Positions 26,570 through 41,257 of a stretch of DNA of 64,000 bases are shown here, piece by piece. Position 1 is the first letter of the stretch; the number at the start of each line of letters is the position of its first letter. Made by a program: the position numbers and the translations under genes. Source of the DNA: Epiperipatus broadwayi (Eukaryota > Animalia > Onychophora); the NCBI GenBank assembly GCA_028023455.1, contig JAQFVV010000002.1:7378001-7442000 (forward strand), given 5' to 3'. The notes beneath the pieces were generated by a model. It made no database searches and had not been told where the DNA came from. It was given only the letters and a program-made list of their open reading frames with translations.

Positions 26570-28269
26570 AACTTTAACCTCTAATATTTCAAAATATACC
26601 CTATAACAAAAATATATGCACATAAATAAAAAATTGTACAAAAATATCATAATATAGCTAAATTCCACTTTTTGCCATTAAATAAATTAAATATGCCCCT
26701 TTGCTTCCTTCTTGAATCATTCTTCATTAATCTTGATTATGAAGAAGCATGTTAGCAACACATCTTGTGGATAGCAAACCTATCCATTATACAATAATAT
26801 AACTTAAGATCTATAACATAATTATAATATAATTATAAAATGTAGAACACATTTATTTTGGATAACCTTGGAAAATTCAAATAACAAATATATAAATTCA
26901 TGGCCATTCATTAAATATATTCATTGATTTAAATTTATTATAAATGTTCATAATATTATAGTAAATATATTTCAAGTACTTGAACTCAGGTTTTTAAATT
27001 AATCCATTAGGTGAATTATTCATATTTCCAATAGTAACATAAATACTACATAATAAAATACTTCTATTAAAGAATGTATATCAAATATCATTAAATATTT
27101 TCAGGAAAAAAATATTTAATTAATTCCAATTTAATATAGGTGACCTCAGTGGTTTCCTTAGTAATGCACAGAGAAAAAAAAAATCATTTGCAGGTTTTAA
27201 ATATTTTTGGACATATAAATAATTAAAAAGTGGAAAAATTAATTAAATGCATTAATATAAAGTCATTCTTATAGGTAAAGTTGATATTTCTATTTTATTA
27301 AGTGAAACATTTTAAATTTCGTATATTATCAATTAAACAATTCATTGAAAGTTAATTTTTATTATTACCCCACTTGGAGAGAGATTAATTTCCTTTCCCT
27401 TTCTGGAGATAACAAATAAGTAAAGTTTGAGTGCTGTTATTTAATAATGATTCTATAAACTCTTTATTGAAGTATAAATTATTAATTTAATGTTCTTTTG
27501 TAGATTTAAAATCATTATTAAACATCTGAAAACATATTCATTATATCAATATAGTTATACCTTGAATCATAAAGCCTATTTATTAAGGCAAATAATTTTG
27601 AGATAACTTGACATAAATGAAATTTTTTTAAGGAAAACATCAAAAAAGGATTAATATTGTCTGTAATGTTTTTGCCAATAAGACAAATAAATGTTCTGTG
27701 GTAATTATAATACAAACATTCTGTTGGAGCAGGAAATTGTGAATGGTTTTAAAATAATGATAATGGTAACAATAATAATTTTTGAAGCTTTTCCATGCAG
27801 TACATTTAAAAAATATTTTAAATATTATAACAATGAAATATATTACCATTCCTCCGGCAGATATAGAGACTTCAGTTCCTTTGGTGTTTTCTATTCAGAC
27901 ACATGTGTCAAGATAGTTTCAATTTACTCCATCATACTCAGCTAAAAATAATAAAGTTTGCATGAAATTACATTTTTAAATTTCAGGTGTTAAAAATTTT
28001 AATTGCTAAAAACAAAACTAAAATTGAAATTGATTGAGAACCTTGATCAGGTGACAATCTCATCTATTTATACTATTGGTCATGTGACTATTTTACCAGA
28101 CTTTATTTACCTTCAAATATACAACCTCTTCCCTGATTAGTTTGAATTTTTGGTCTATTTGTCACTAAGGAAGGTGTTAATCAAAAATTATTTAATTAAA
28201 TTTTTAATTTTACTATACATCAGTATTTTTCTAGACATTTTTTATTAATTGAAAGAATTAATAAGTAAA

Positions 28270-28735
28270 TAAAATATTTACTCTTTGAAAATAGATATGC
28301 CATGCTTTAACTTAATACAAATTAAAATAATTTAAATTACATTTTAATAATATCTGTTGGAAATATATAATTTATATATTATCCCAACTTAAACATTACA
28401 CATATAATGTAGACATAAAAATATCCATGTTTAAAAATATTAAAAATTTTACTTGTAGTGTGTATGAGATAATTATGATTGCAATAAATAAAGAACAAAG
28501 AAATATTAGTGAATTTTAATAAAGTTTTACATTTTATTATTTCAATATTACCATTTTATTGTTTATATGTGTTTTAAAGGAAAAATATTAATTTACTAAT
28601 TTGTGTTATAATATGTTTCTTTCTCTAAGCATTATGTTGCCATAGTAACCATTTCAAGGACTCTTTAAATTAATGTGCAACTTTTAAAACTACTTAGAAA
28701 AAAATTTTTAAGCTTAACCTTACATCGTATACTTT
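28270..28735 (+). repeat. Dispersed ~465-bp repeat, direct copy at 41258-41718
   Basis: Colinear matches include ctttgaaaata, ctttaacttaatacaaa, caacttaaacatta, taccattttattgtttatatgtgtttta and catag.aaccatttc. Confidence 0.8.
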
Positions 28736-28759
28736 CAGTAGGTACAATATTCCCCCACT

Positions 28760-29350
28760 ACCAACAAAAAACAATTTTTTAAATTAATAATAATAACTTT
28801 ACTGCTATCTTTAGTTTGTACCATAAAATATCTCTATCTAAACATATGCAAACATTTATTCTTCATTCCTTTGCCTCTATATTACCTAATAATTTGATAA
28901 ATTAGGAATACTAATATAGAATGAAAATTTATTTGTCCTATTTATTTGTATTTCCTTTATATAATATATTATTTTATCCACTATATCACTGATGATTAAT
29001 ATTCTAGAATATGATAGCTGACAAAGAATTTTCTAATTCAGTATTTTACCAGCAATTATCATAAAAAATAACTACATCATCAAATTCTTTCACTTTCTGT
29101 ATGATTTGCCAATTAGTTGAAATCAGCTCTACTATCTTTATTAACCTTAATGACCTTTCATCATTAGTAATATAATATTAAAATTATCATATTCAAACAA
29201 CATAATAACTTGATTTATAAGGATCACATATTAATATCAACTAATTTGGCATTTAAATTACAACTTTGGAAGGCATTAATTAAAATATTTACATGCTGCA
29301 TCTTCCACTTTGTCTTCAAACATAGCATTTATAAGTTTTCCTAGTATTTT
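28760..29350 (-). mobile_element. Possible SGNH/esterase-like ORF1 remnant of a CR1/L2 LINE
   Basis: Minus-strand 'DDVVIFMIIAG' and 'SIPNL' resemble D.VVI.AGTND and TIP.R motifs. Very degraded. Confidence 0.3.
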
Positions 29351-29449
29351 AATTTTGGATTTCTTTTTTTTTTTTTTTACAAGATTTTCTTTTGGAAATG
29401 ATTCATATTTCTGAGGTGATGTTTCTGAAATTTTATTTTTAAACTAAAA

Positions 29450-32400
29450 TTATTCATTTCAAAATTTAAGACATAATAATATATTGCTAATATTTAATAG
29501 CTATAGACATTTATTCCTCATAATATTTGAACTACTGTGCATTTATCTACATAACTTCACATAATCATATGATTTTAGAACACTTCTAATTCTAGGACCA
29601 TATTGCAATCTATAAACAACATAATGAATTATGAATATATTGAAAAATTACTCCCTCTTTTAATTTTTCTCATGCTATATTATTTCTCTATGACCATATT
29701 TTAACTGTTTAATTCCTATTTCAGATCTTTTTAACAACTTTCAATAGATTTGTCATGATAGGTGAAAAATATTAATGTGTTGCTATTTCACAAACGTTTT
29801 TTTTTTCAACATTGATTTTACTTCAATTTTCTTGAAAGCATTAAATAAAAGATTTTCAAATTTTCTTGCTTTAACCTATACTACTAAATGACTACTAACT
29901 AAAATATAATTCTTTAGGAAACCATATTATATTTTATCATATACCATATCTTGGTTTCTTTATAAATTACATTTATTCATTCAGACATTGAATGTTTTTT
30001 TCTCACTTTCAGGCATTTCTAAAAGAAATGCATTTCCCCCTCATTTTTCTTTTTATTCAAAATGGTTCTTTATTAAAAAGAATTTTAAACTTGTGCTTCT
30101 GCAGATCACTATTTGAAAAGGTTTTACAAATATAAAATCTCCTACCCTAAATACACGAGTCGTATGAGAGGCTTGGGAAATCCTTTTTTGTCCAATTTCT
30201 CTTAAATTTTCCCTAGCTTTTGATAAATCACTACCATAGTCTATTTCTTCTTCAAATATAGTGGATAAAGGAGTCTTAATTAATATAAGCTCCCTATATC
30301 CAATATGCACATGCCTTGGAGTAAATTTAGTTAACTCATTTTGGGTTATATTGATATAATTAACCAATTCTTTAAACATATTAAAATTACAGTGGTTGTC
30401 TTCTAGGTATAATCTAAACAACCTATCCAACTCAACATGACTCTTTCATATGAATTAGATTGTGGATTTCTAATTGAACACAAAACATGGTTTATATTTT
30501 GCCATTCAATTTAATCTTTCCACTATTTACACAGAAATTATGTAGCATGCTCATTTAAAATACCCTTAGATTTTCCTATCAATGCATATTGGAATTATTG
30601 AAGACACTTTATTACATTTCTTGCATTGGCTTTGATTACTGGGTATGCATCTACACATTTAGGAAAAAATATCGTATGTAACAAGTATAAATTTAAACTT
30701 TCTAAATGGCTGTAAAGAACCATTAAAATCTATAACTAAAAAATCATTAGGGTGACTATATAAAATTGGTTGTAATTTATCATCATATGATTTATTAGTA
30801 TGTTTTGATCTCAAACAAATTTCACAATACCTATGCTTATTCAGTATGATTGCTTACAAACTAGGCCATTAATGTAGTCTACACCCAACATATTCTATCT
30901 TTCTGGGTCTGTAATGCCCATAAAGACAATGAATATAATAAATCAATTTACTCCTGATACAAAAGTATATTACTGGCCCCCACAATTGGTCACGACCTTC
31001 CCAAACTTTATAGTGCAGTAAACTCTGAAACATTTATACCATAATATAATTTTATTACTAATAATTCTTTTAATTGCTTTGGATTCTACCATTTTAGCTA
31101 AGTATTGAATATTAGCATTCAATTTTGAATCCGGCAATTGCAGTAATGCTAATTTTTTCAAATCTTCTTCACCTGAGTCATCAACTCTTAGAGAAATGAT
31201 TGTGATGAAAATATTATCTGCATTTATATATGGATTTATTTTGATAGGATTCTTACTTAGAATATCTGCTACAATATTGTCCTTCCCTTTACAATTTTGT
31301 ATCTTATAATTAAATTGTTGAATGAATAAGCTCAACTATAGGATTTCTATCTAGGACATCTGCTACAATATTGTCTTATCTTTTATCATATAATTAAATT
31401 GTTGAAGGAGTAAGCTCCACCCTAATTAACCCTTCACTATTCAAATAGCTCTGATTGATAAACTCTTGTTGTAGATCTATGATAACTATTATTTCAGATT
31501 CAAATATTGTCAAAGTTTCTGAAAAGCTGATAAAACAACCAAGGCTTCATTTTCTGTGTGGTACAGTGCAATTCTGCACTCTTCAACAATCTTCTCAAGA
31601 AATATAAAACAAAAGATTTTTATTCATGGTACAGTATTTAAAACATTTAATTTTATCCTCAGATTCTATTGAATGATTTTTAGTTCTTAATAATTTTGAC
31701 AGATAAATGCTATCATAAGCAAAATTTTCATAAAGTCTATGATAAAAATTGCAGATACCAAGGAAAAAATGCAAATGCTTTTTATTTTTTAGAGTTAGAA
31801 AAATTCTGAATAGATTTGATCTTATCAGGATACAGTTTTATCCCATCAGATCCTACAATGTGCCCAAGAAAAATCTATTTCCTTAACAGCTATTCTATTC
31901 TTTTTTAGGTTAATTTTAATGTGCTTTTTTTTACATTCTTTCAGAAACATACCCAGATTATAATAATGCTCTGAGTTGTTTTCTGAAGCAATTACAACAT
32001 CATCTACATGCATGGTAATAACACCTTTGACTATAACACATTATCCAAACATCTGAGGAATCCATCTGTACTGTTTATAAGTCCAAAAAGCAGTCTCTCA
32101 AAAATCATACAAGAAAACATATTTAAATGAGTTATACTTTTGATAATCATCATGCAAGTATACCTAACAATAATTATCTGTTAAGTCGATAGTAGAAAAT
32201 ATCTTTTTATCATTAAAATGAATCAACAACTCTTACACAGTAAAAAACATCACTCTCTGGAATCAACAACTCTTACACAGTAAAAACATCACTCTTTGGA
32301 ATCATTAACTGATTCAAAAACCTCGCATCTAAGAAAATACACACAAATCCATCCTTTTTATGGATGACTACTAATGGACTATTATATGCTGAGGTGTAGT

Positions 32401-35020
32401 TCCTGTTAATCATTCGCTTTACCATTTAGTCAATTTGCTTGTGCATCTCAGCTTTGTACTGGTGAGAGATAGAATAGCTTTTGCATTAAAATGGACTATA
32501 GTCCTTTAAGCATATTCTATGCACATATCCCATAATTACGTCAGGTTTTTTAGAAAAAACATCCTTATTCATACATAGTAACTGAAAAGATTTTTCCTTA
32601 AAGTTACCTATTAACTAGTAGATTCACATATTTTTATTTGCAAATCTGACTCTGTAGAATTATCTTAGATGGTTAATAAGTTAAAATTTTGAATGGGTGC
32701 TTCCTGATTAAACCTACATTTTTCCCTTTTCAAAATTAAATCAATTAATATAATCAACTATGCATCTGAATCTATTCATGAAATTTGAACTTAATATAAC
32801 CTCATGAATAAATCTGGTCATATTCAAAAAATATTTATTCTACAATAATTGAATTGATCTGGATGTTCAACCATACATGTTGGACTAACAATTTTGCTTT
32901 ATGATTATTAGCCATTGTAACTTGAGTTTGTCTCAATGTAACACAGGAACCTCCAGGTCTGACTCAGTAATTTTAATATATAAATTTTCTGAAATTTAAT
33001 CTGGCTTTCTAAACCCAACAAAGTCGTAACTAATACACTTTAAATAATGATACTAATTTCAGGACAAATGGTAACCATATAACCTTCTGTTGTTCTATTG
33101 TGCTCATCACTCTGAACTTCAAAGTTCAGTGAAATCAGACAATTTATGATATGATTGCCCCCCCCCCCCCAATTTATAATATCATTAGGCTCTCACAGTA
33201 AGAAACATTCCAATAAGACCTAATTTAATTTAAAGGATTGATTATAGACTTATACCCTAGTATTTTCATATGAATGTTCTGTGATATGCTCGCAAGATAA
33301 CTTCCTGATGCACAAGCACCCTTTTCTAGTCCATTATAATTTCTATGGCCATTACTATCATTGTTTGTGCAAGGTAAAACTTCATTACTTTTATTAGTCA
33401 TATAAGGCCCATATGTTCTATTTTCTATATTTATTATTAAATTTAAATGGGAAACATTGTATTATAGCTGTCTCTGTTATGCTTATAATTGTTTTCTACA
33501 GGTATCTCACTTATCTCAAGCACTCCTAATATCTCAGACACTTCTCAACAGTATGTCTGTCAGCAGCATTTATGGACTGCACAATATTCTTCAGCAAGAT
33601 TCCTTAATTATCTGGATTATCTGATTTTTGAATTATGGAAATGCTGTCAGCATTTCTAATTTAACTGCCTGTCTCCAAAAATATGTGTATATTTACATTT
33701 ACTAGTATTATATTTGTGCTAACTAATTTTGTATTTCATATTATCCTATTTATCTTCATCCCAGAAGCTGTTCAACAGGATATACTTAAAATTTCCATAA
33801 GTTTCTGCTTTACGGAATAAAGATTACCATCAGTATTTGGCAGATGAAGTCAAATGATTACTAGTCATTGATTGCATTTCATTTTTGCTTTAGGGAAAAT
33901 GATTTTTCCTGACCACTTAAGTACTCTATAGGGTTTTCATCATGCCTTCTCTAGGTTTTGTGTCTATCTACCATTTTCTTTATCAAACAATGCCAATGTA
34001 TCATTATCAATTTTATTTTGGCACTTATCTTCAGAATACATAGGCTTACATGATCTATCTGTGTAATTATCTAGAACTTTAACTTGGGTATTTTCCATCT
34101 CTATCATCTTATCTTTCAACAATCATTAATATTTTACTATTTATATTTTATTCTTGTTCTCTAAGACATTTGTGCATTTCTTGCTTTAACAATTTATTAG
34201 TACTTTCTAACTTTCTATAATATTTTCTTGTTTTTTCTTGTCTCTATGACTTGTAGAAATAATTAATGGCTATTTAATCTATCTCTTATATCATGTAATT
34301 CTGCCAATCTTAATTGTTCTATTTTACTTAATTTCTTCTATATACTTTTTAAATTGCTCTGTGACTCTTTACATATCTTAGGTAATTTCTTTATTTTATT
34401 TTTAGTCCTATTCTGCTTCTTACATACTTCTTTATATTCCATTTTCATATGATTTTGAATATCATTCCATTCTATTCTAACATTATTTGTGTCTAACTTT
34501 GATGCTTCCTGAACTTCCTTGTGAATTCTAAATCTTTATATATTTCTTCTCTAATTCCTTATATTCAACTTTACATGTTTTAATCTCACTATTTAAATCT
34601 TTAAACTTTGCCTCTAACTTCTTTTGTGATTTGTTCAATGTATCCCTTAACTTATTAAATCTGCTACCACACTTATCTTCTGATACATTTGATTTGGTAT
34701 TTATATTATATCTAAACTCCTTGAATCATCATCTATGGAATTGAGTTCAACCTTCCTTGATTTTACTTTTAATTTTTTTAATTCTTCATTCTGATTCTTT
34801 ATAATTTCTCTTAATTTTTTATTTTGATTATCTAACCTGCTACTTTGAACATCAAACTTATTATTTATTTATTTCATTTCATCATCAAATTTATTATTTG
34901 ATTCCACTTTTAATTCTCTCATTTCTTTCATTTGAACATCAAATTTTTTATTTATTTATTTCATCACTTTCTTAAAAATTCCTGAATACTACACTCTTAG
35001 CTTTCATAATTACTCATTTA
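29450..35020 (-). mobile_element. Decayed Ty3/Gypsy retrotransposon (gag-PR-RT-RNaseH-IN); LTRs not recognised
   Basis: Coiled-coil and gag-like region at 33700-35000. RT 'MHVDDVVIASENNSEH' near 32000. RNase H 'TENEALVV' and 'YKIQNCKGKDNIVADILS' (ORF 30970..31335). Integrase 'FILVTYDIFS.CVDAYP' and ORF 30053..30430 ending 'FRVGDFIFVKP'. Confidence 0.85.
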
Positions 35021-35927
35021 TCAAATATATACATATATCTTCAATTAGATAAATTTAAAAAATATATATTTTATTATTAATCAACAAAATATTTTTCCAT
35101 TTAACCTTCCCAGTTTTTGAAGACTTGCAAAACAATATTTTCTCTGACTATTGCAATACATGTTTAAAATCTGAAATAAGTTGCAATTATCCATACAAAA
35201 GTATCACTGCTATATAAAAATATAACCATGTACTCTCATAAAAATATATTAGACTTTAACCTCAATTTCTTGGTCTTTAATTGTGCCCTCCCCCCATTGG
35301 GTGCAAAATTGTAATGATATAAAAAGTGTAATAATGATAAGAGGCTTTATTATGTCCTACAGATCCGGAAGCCAAATTGTAATGATATAAGTGTTAAGAA
35401 ATCAATAGTTTAAATTGCCCTATGAATTCCAGTGTCAAATTATAATAATATAAAACGATGATAATGATGATGATGACGAGAAACCTTATTTAATAACCTC
35501 ATAGATATGACTGGCAATTTGTAATAGACTACACTTTAATCAACAAAGCCCAAATGTTAAACACAAAATTATAACTAATAATAATATGTAATGTATTATA
35601 ATAAATATCCAGTAAATAATAATTTAAAATTATTATTAATATCTAGTTATAACAACACATTTATTTTGAATATACAAAATTATTTATATTCTATAAATTA
35701 TTTGAGTAGCTCAAATATAAATTCTATCTGAGTTAACTAACACATTCTTTTGATAGAATTATTTATTTCTAAATAAACATAATAATAGATGAAGTAACAC
35801 AGGTGATGTGATGTATTATGGCTTCTTAAATGAAGTCAAGAATATCTCAGCAATTATGCCCAGATAAACCTGTTAGCCACTTTATTTTGCATTCCCGACT
35901 CTAAATTTACCCATAATCTGCTCTATC

Positions 35928-37704
35928 TCATTTCCACAACATAATCTTTGTCAACTCTATAACCTTTATATCTAAATCCCCCTTATCTTTTCCCAAACCC
36001 AGCATAAAAACCAATAATTCACTTTCTGTATAAGAACTCTTTTCATATTTATTTTTCCACAACTTCATTATATGTACCCTTTCTGTTTTCAAACATTTAC
36101 ATTCAATTAACAAATGCCTAATATTTTCTATTCCTTCCTTACATAATTTACAAAATAAATCACCCATATTTTTCCATTTACATGTATATTCTTTTGTAGC
36201 TAAAGATCTCGTTCGAGCCTTAAACAATAAACTACTTTCCTTACTATTATCATATATTAACTCACACCTAATATTCTGTTTATTTCTATATATATTTAAA
36301 CTCTTTTTATTCTCCATACTATTTCTCCATCTCTCTAACTCCCTAGTCTTTATTAATAAATTTATTCTTTTATCCCATTCCTTACTACTATAACACTCAA
36401 TAATCCTCTTATCACAATCATCCCATTTTTTGTACAAATATACTGATATAAATTATTTATCCAAATCTTTTGCATACCGCAATACCTTTCTCACCCATCT
36501 TGTTACCTGCCCTTTACTCATAACCCAATTAAATACTATTTTAGCTATTCTTTTATTATCCATAAACTGCAATCTACCAAACATTTTCATTTTACTTTTT
36601 GCATCTCTCATATGAAAACTTGACCATCCCATTTCTCCTTGAATTGCCTCTCTTGCTGTCCATATTTCTGCATCCAATGCATGTCTTCCTACTTCCCTTT
36701 GAGCTTTTTCTAAGTAATCTAGTATCATTTTACTAACATATAATGCATCATTACCATATGTTAACCCTGCTACTGCAACTCCTTTCCATATAATTCTAGC
36801 TACATCATATTTATTATATGAAAACACTGTTAATTTCTTTATCAATCCCTTTCTTTTCTTTGCTTCATTTATCAATTTTTTCTCCCATTCATCCAAATAA
36901 TTTTTCTGATTACTTAAAATAATTCCCAAATAACTATATCTATTCACCACACTTAACTTAATATCTCCTAATAAAAATTCTACATCTTCTCTTTCCCCAG
37001 TATTAACAATCATTATATTTGATTTTTATACACTAAATTTAATCCCCATCTCTTTACCCACCCTTGCACATGTCCTCAACATAACTTCCATATCTTCTCT
37101 TTTTTCTGCACACAAAAATATATCATCCGCAAAAAAAAGACCTGACAAAATATATACTCCCTTACTACCTATTAATGATGTCTCTATCCCTCTTCCTAAT
37201 CTTTCTATTGCTCTTTCCATTTCACTCAAATACAACACAAACAAAATAGGTGACATAGGGCATCCTTGCCTTAGTCCCACACCATTTTTAACTTTAATTG
37301 ATTCTATATTCTCTAATTGATATATATATATATAATAATTATTTTCATATAATTTCTTAATAATATCTATTGAAGCTTCATCCATTCCCAAATTTGCTAA
37401 ACTTATCCATAATCTATTTCTATTTACTCTATCATATGCCTTCTCTATATCTATAAAACTCATATAAAACTGTTTACCTGCATTCCTACTCATATTCATA
37501 AGTTGTGTAACTACAAATAAACTATCTCCTATACGCCTATCTAATCTAAAACCTCCTTGCATTTCCCTCACTACATTATTCCCTTCCATCCATTTTACAA
37601 CTTTACTAGCCACTATATATGAGAAAACTTTATATAAAACTAATGTTACTGCTATCGGTCTATAATTATTCAACTTTCTATGATTCTTACCCTTTACTTT
37701 AAAT
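35928..37704 (-). pseudogene. Near-intact LINE RT reading frame with two in-frame stops
   Basis: ORFs 37026..37673, 36453..37013 and 35928..36437 share one frame and are separated only by TAA codons. Confidence 0.9.
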
Positions 37705-39218
37705 CAGCGTTTCCCAACCTGTGGTACGCGAGTTGCTGGTTGGTGGTACACGAAAAATAATCAATAATGGCGGACATAAAAAATTAAATCATAAACATAT
37801 CATAGAAACGTTTTTTCCTATAATTCATAAAAATTATTTTAATGAATAATATTATACAGTAAAGTTGTTAATATGTACAGTCGATGATCGAAAATTCAGC
37901 AATTGATATCGTTTTTTTTTTTTGGAGTGCACTTTTAAATTTAGCCGTTAGCCACCAGTAACTTGAGATGTCGCCGCCACTCTTGTGATAGTGCTGCATT
38001 CTCATTCACTTCACTGCATGACTTACAAGTGACAGGTTATTGTTTGTGATTGTATCATCTTTGTTTATTAAAATTTATTGATCCCTATATAACCTGCTTA
38101 TTCGAACTTAGACAAGAAGCACAGGTTTTTTTTTTTAAGACAATCCTTTTGATCTCTCTTCAAAATTGTATGATTTTGATTGGCTTCAGGTGCTTGCATA
38201 TTTATCTGATATTTTTTGCAAATAAATGAACTTAAATTTGACACTTCAGAATAACTCGATAACGATCTTTAATGTTAATGATAAAATTGAAAGTATGATT
38301 AAGAAATTAGATTTTTGCAAACAGTGTATTGAAAACAATCAACCGGAAAAATTCGAAAATCTACATATTTTTTTGTTTGAAAATAAAGTTAGTCTGTCTC
38401 AAGATATACAGAAAATATAATAGCACATTTAACAGGATTAAAATTGTCTTTCATGGAATATTTTCCAAAACCCGAAAACACAAATGATAAGTGGATTTCA
38501 AACCCCTTCTATGAAGAAAATTTAGAAAAAGCTACATCATTATCAATAAAAGAGAAAGAAAATTTAATAGAATTATCGACACAATCTAATTAATTTTGGT
38601 TAAACATTAAAGAATATGAACAGTTTTCTGAGAAAGCTCTTAAATTATTATTACCATTTACTAGTATGGAATTAGTAGAAAGAGCTTTTTCTTCATATAT
38701 ATTTTTTTTAAAAAAGTATTGAAACAGATTGAATGCAGCTGTAGACTTAAGGGTATATCTTGCATCTTCTGAACCAAATTTCAAAAAATTATGTTCTTCG
38801 AAACAAGCACAAGGATCTCATTAAATTTATTTTATAAAAACATTTGATTATGATAAAAAAATATATTAATTGGGTTTTTATAATTTTGTGTTTTTATTAA
38901 AACCATTTATTAGTAAATGAAATATGACAAAATAGTAGATAAATTTGATACTTTGAACAAACACATACATATATGTTACAGTGAGTTTATAATTTCAGTG
39001 AGTTTATAATCCAGCATGACGTTTAGGTATGTTACAATGTAATTTGTCTCATTATGTGATATGAATACATGGTCACCCTATAATATGTATAATGCAAATA
39101 AAATAACACCCTCACAATAACAAATTTCACAAAATACAATCATTTTTACTTAAGTGGTACAATTTAGCATGATATACTACCAAGTGGTACGTGAGCCAAA
39201 AAAGGTTGGGAAACGCTG
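37705..39218 (+). mobile_element. Internally deleted hAT (Buster/Charlie/ZBED5-like) DNA transposon
   Basis: Perfect 16-bp TIRs (cagcgtttcccaacct / aggttgggaaacgctg) and an 8-bp TSD ctttaaat at 37697-37704 and 39219-39226. Transposase C-terminal remnants end KLCSSKQAQGSH*. CpGs are retained. Confidence 0.95.
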
Positions 39219-39267
39219 CTTTAAATAATAACCTTACTCTTGTATTACTCCAAATACTTGGGAAAAA

Positions 39268-39452
39268 CAATATCCCCAGACTAGTTTCTGGCTTGTGACC
39301 TGTGAGTAGGCACTAGATAGGGATTTTATGCACAAGTCTTCTGGCATCCATTGATTACTGTGGTTGGCACTGAATGGCACTACTGTATGGAAAGTTTTGC
39401 CTGTGTTAATAACAGTTATGTGCTAACATAAGAAATGGTGATCATGTTATGA
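39268..39452. mobile_element. Short copy of the 450-nt hammerhead family with a 33-bp 5' inversion
   Basis: 39301-39452 matches 57274-57425. 39268-39300 is the inverted preceding segment, containing stem II-GAAAC-UAGUC-UGGGGA. Confidence 0.85.
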
Positions 39453-41257
39453 TAGATGAAGTAAAGAATGAATTTATCTTTAAATTCATTTATCAAACTA
39501 TCATATATAGAAGGAGTGAAATCTCATTCAGGATTTTGCTGTCATTTAATAAAATTAAATATGTAATTAAAATCTAATTTAATTAAAGTCAATTAGTATA
39601 AGAAACTTAAATTTACATGTTTTAATGTGTTGAATTAAATTCAATGATAAATAACATTTATATCTATTATAAAATATATACTAATATATTGACTATATAC
39701 AAAGGAAAGTAATATATAATGATATACACTACTTACCAATCCAATTGCTAGTTTCTTGATTATTTTATAATTATTTAATGTAAGACGTTTAAGGCATAAA
39801 TTAATATATAAGCTCTAAATATTTAAAATTACATTAGCAAATAGGTGCGTATGACTAATTAAAATGATCACTAAATCGAGATTATTTATTTAACTAAATC
39901 AATATTTATTAATAATAATTTTAAAAAAAAGATAAATAAATAATAAAATATATTGCGATATACATTCTAACTAAATTTCATGAAGTATATTCTTCATCTG
40001 CATTATCATTAAGAAAATAAGTACTTATAAAGCAAATATTTGTTTGTTTTATGTTTATCATCTAATAAAAAAGAATTCACTTAAAATGAAAATGTTGAAC
40101 AAATACATGGCAAAAATAAAAGAAAACTATTAATTTATAATTTATTAAAATAATAGATATGTTTGTTTACCTTATTTACAAAATATAATGTCATTAGATA
40201 AGATAATCCTCCAAATTTTTCAATACTCACACTAGGTGTATTGAAAATAATATACAGTCAACAAATAAAAATGTATTTTTAATTAAAATTTAAAATAGTC
40301 AAGTTTAGAATAATTAAGATTTAACTTTCTTCTATTTTTATATATGAATAAACAATTTACTAACATATTATAAATAATGATAGTAATAAAATACAATATA
40401 AACAAATAAGTAAATAAAATACACATTTGTATACAATCTAAATAAAGTGTCTCCATGTACATACTTTAGAAAAACACAATAGTTCAAATGTTTATTTTGT
40501 GAGCTTCAAATAATACAATGAAATTTATTAATCTAGTCAATATACAATAAATTGTAGATAGTTATCCAAAATATATTATCCAATTCCCAGTAAACTCCAA
40601 TAATTATTTATTATCCTTGGTGTAGTAAATTATTTGATTTCACAAATAGCATTATTGAAAACAAGCAGATGCTGCCATCCTTTTATAATATAAGTAATGC
40701 ATAAATAAATTGATTCAAATCCAATATTCAAATAATCCATCACCATTATAAAATATTTTTAAGTTGAAACAATTCACATATTTAGCAGCATATTACTAAT
40801 GTTGACATTTAAAAATTAGAATATTTTATTTATCCATAGCAATAATCTTTTTTTATAGAGAACATTAAAATAAATTTGAATGTTAGAAGTTTTTTCTCCT
40901 TTCTTCTTGTTTTAACAAGTACTTCAGGAAACCTAGCTCAGTTTTCTGAACAAATATAATCCTTTCTATTCCATTATTTGTAATTACCAAATTAAACACT
41001 TCTAAAATAAAAATAAAGATATTCAGTTTTGTTTCAATGAAAGTCAGAATATTAGAGAGAAGTTTTGAATTGTTCAGTTCTGTTTATAGCTTTGATATAA
41101 TTTGATGTAGTATTCATGTTATAACTAAGGAAATGCTCAATTTTCCTTCACTTGAATATGAAAACTAGATTTCTTCTGCATTCCAAAACTAAAATTTTTT
41201 TTATAACAATGAAAAGAATAAAATAATATTTCACAAATAATTATGTAAATAAAAAAA

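Larger units (their letters stand above)
35270..39262 (-). mobile_element. 5'-truncated non-LTR retrotransposon (RT plus C-terminal CCHC-like motif; clade uncertain, RTE-X-like), split by a hAT
   Basis: RT motifs NYRPIAV, QGGFR, FIDIEKAYD, GLRQGCPMSP and FFADD, plus the C-terminal CKLCKEGIENIRHLLIEC. The frame continues across the hAT: WSNTRVRLLFK|VKGKNHRKLNNYRPIA. Confidence 0.9.

Noticed and set aside
27847-27941. Minus-strand exon with a strong acceptor (tttattatttttag) and gtaata donor
   Set aside because: All three frames contain stops. It could only be a non-coding or dead exon.
28989-29030. CTGATGA followed by a hairpin as a hammerhead
   Set aside because: No GAAA or helix III follows the stem.
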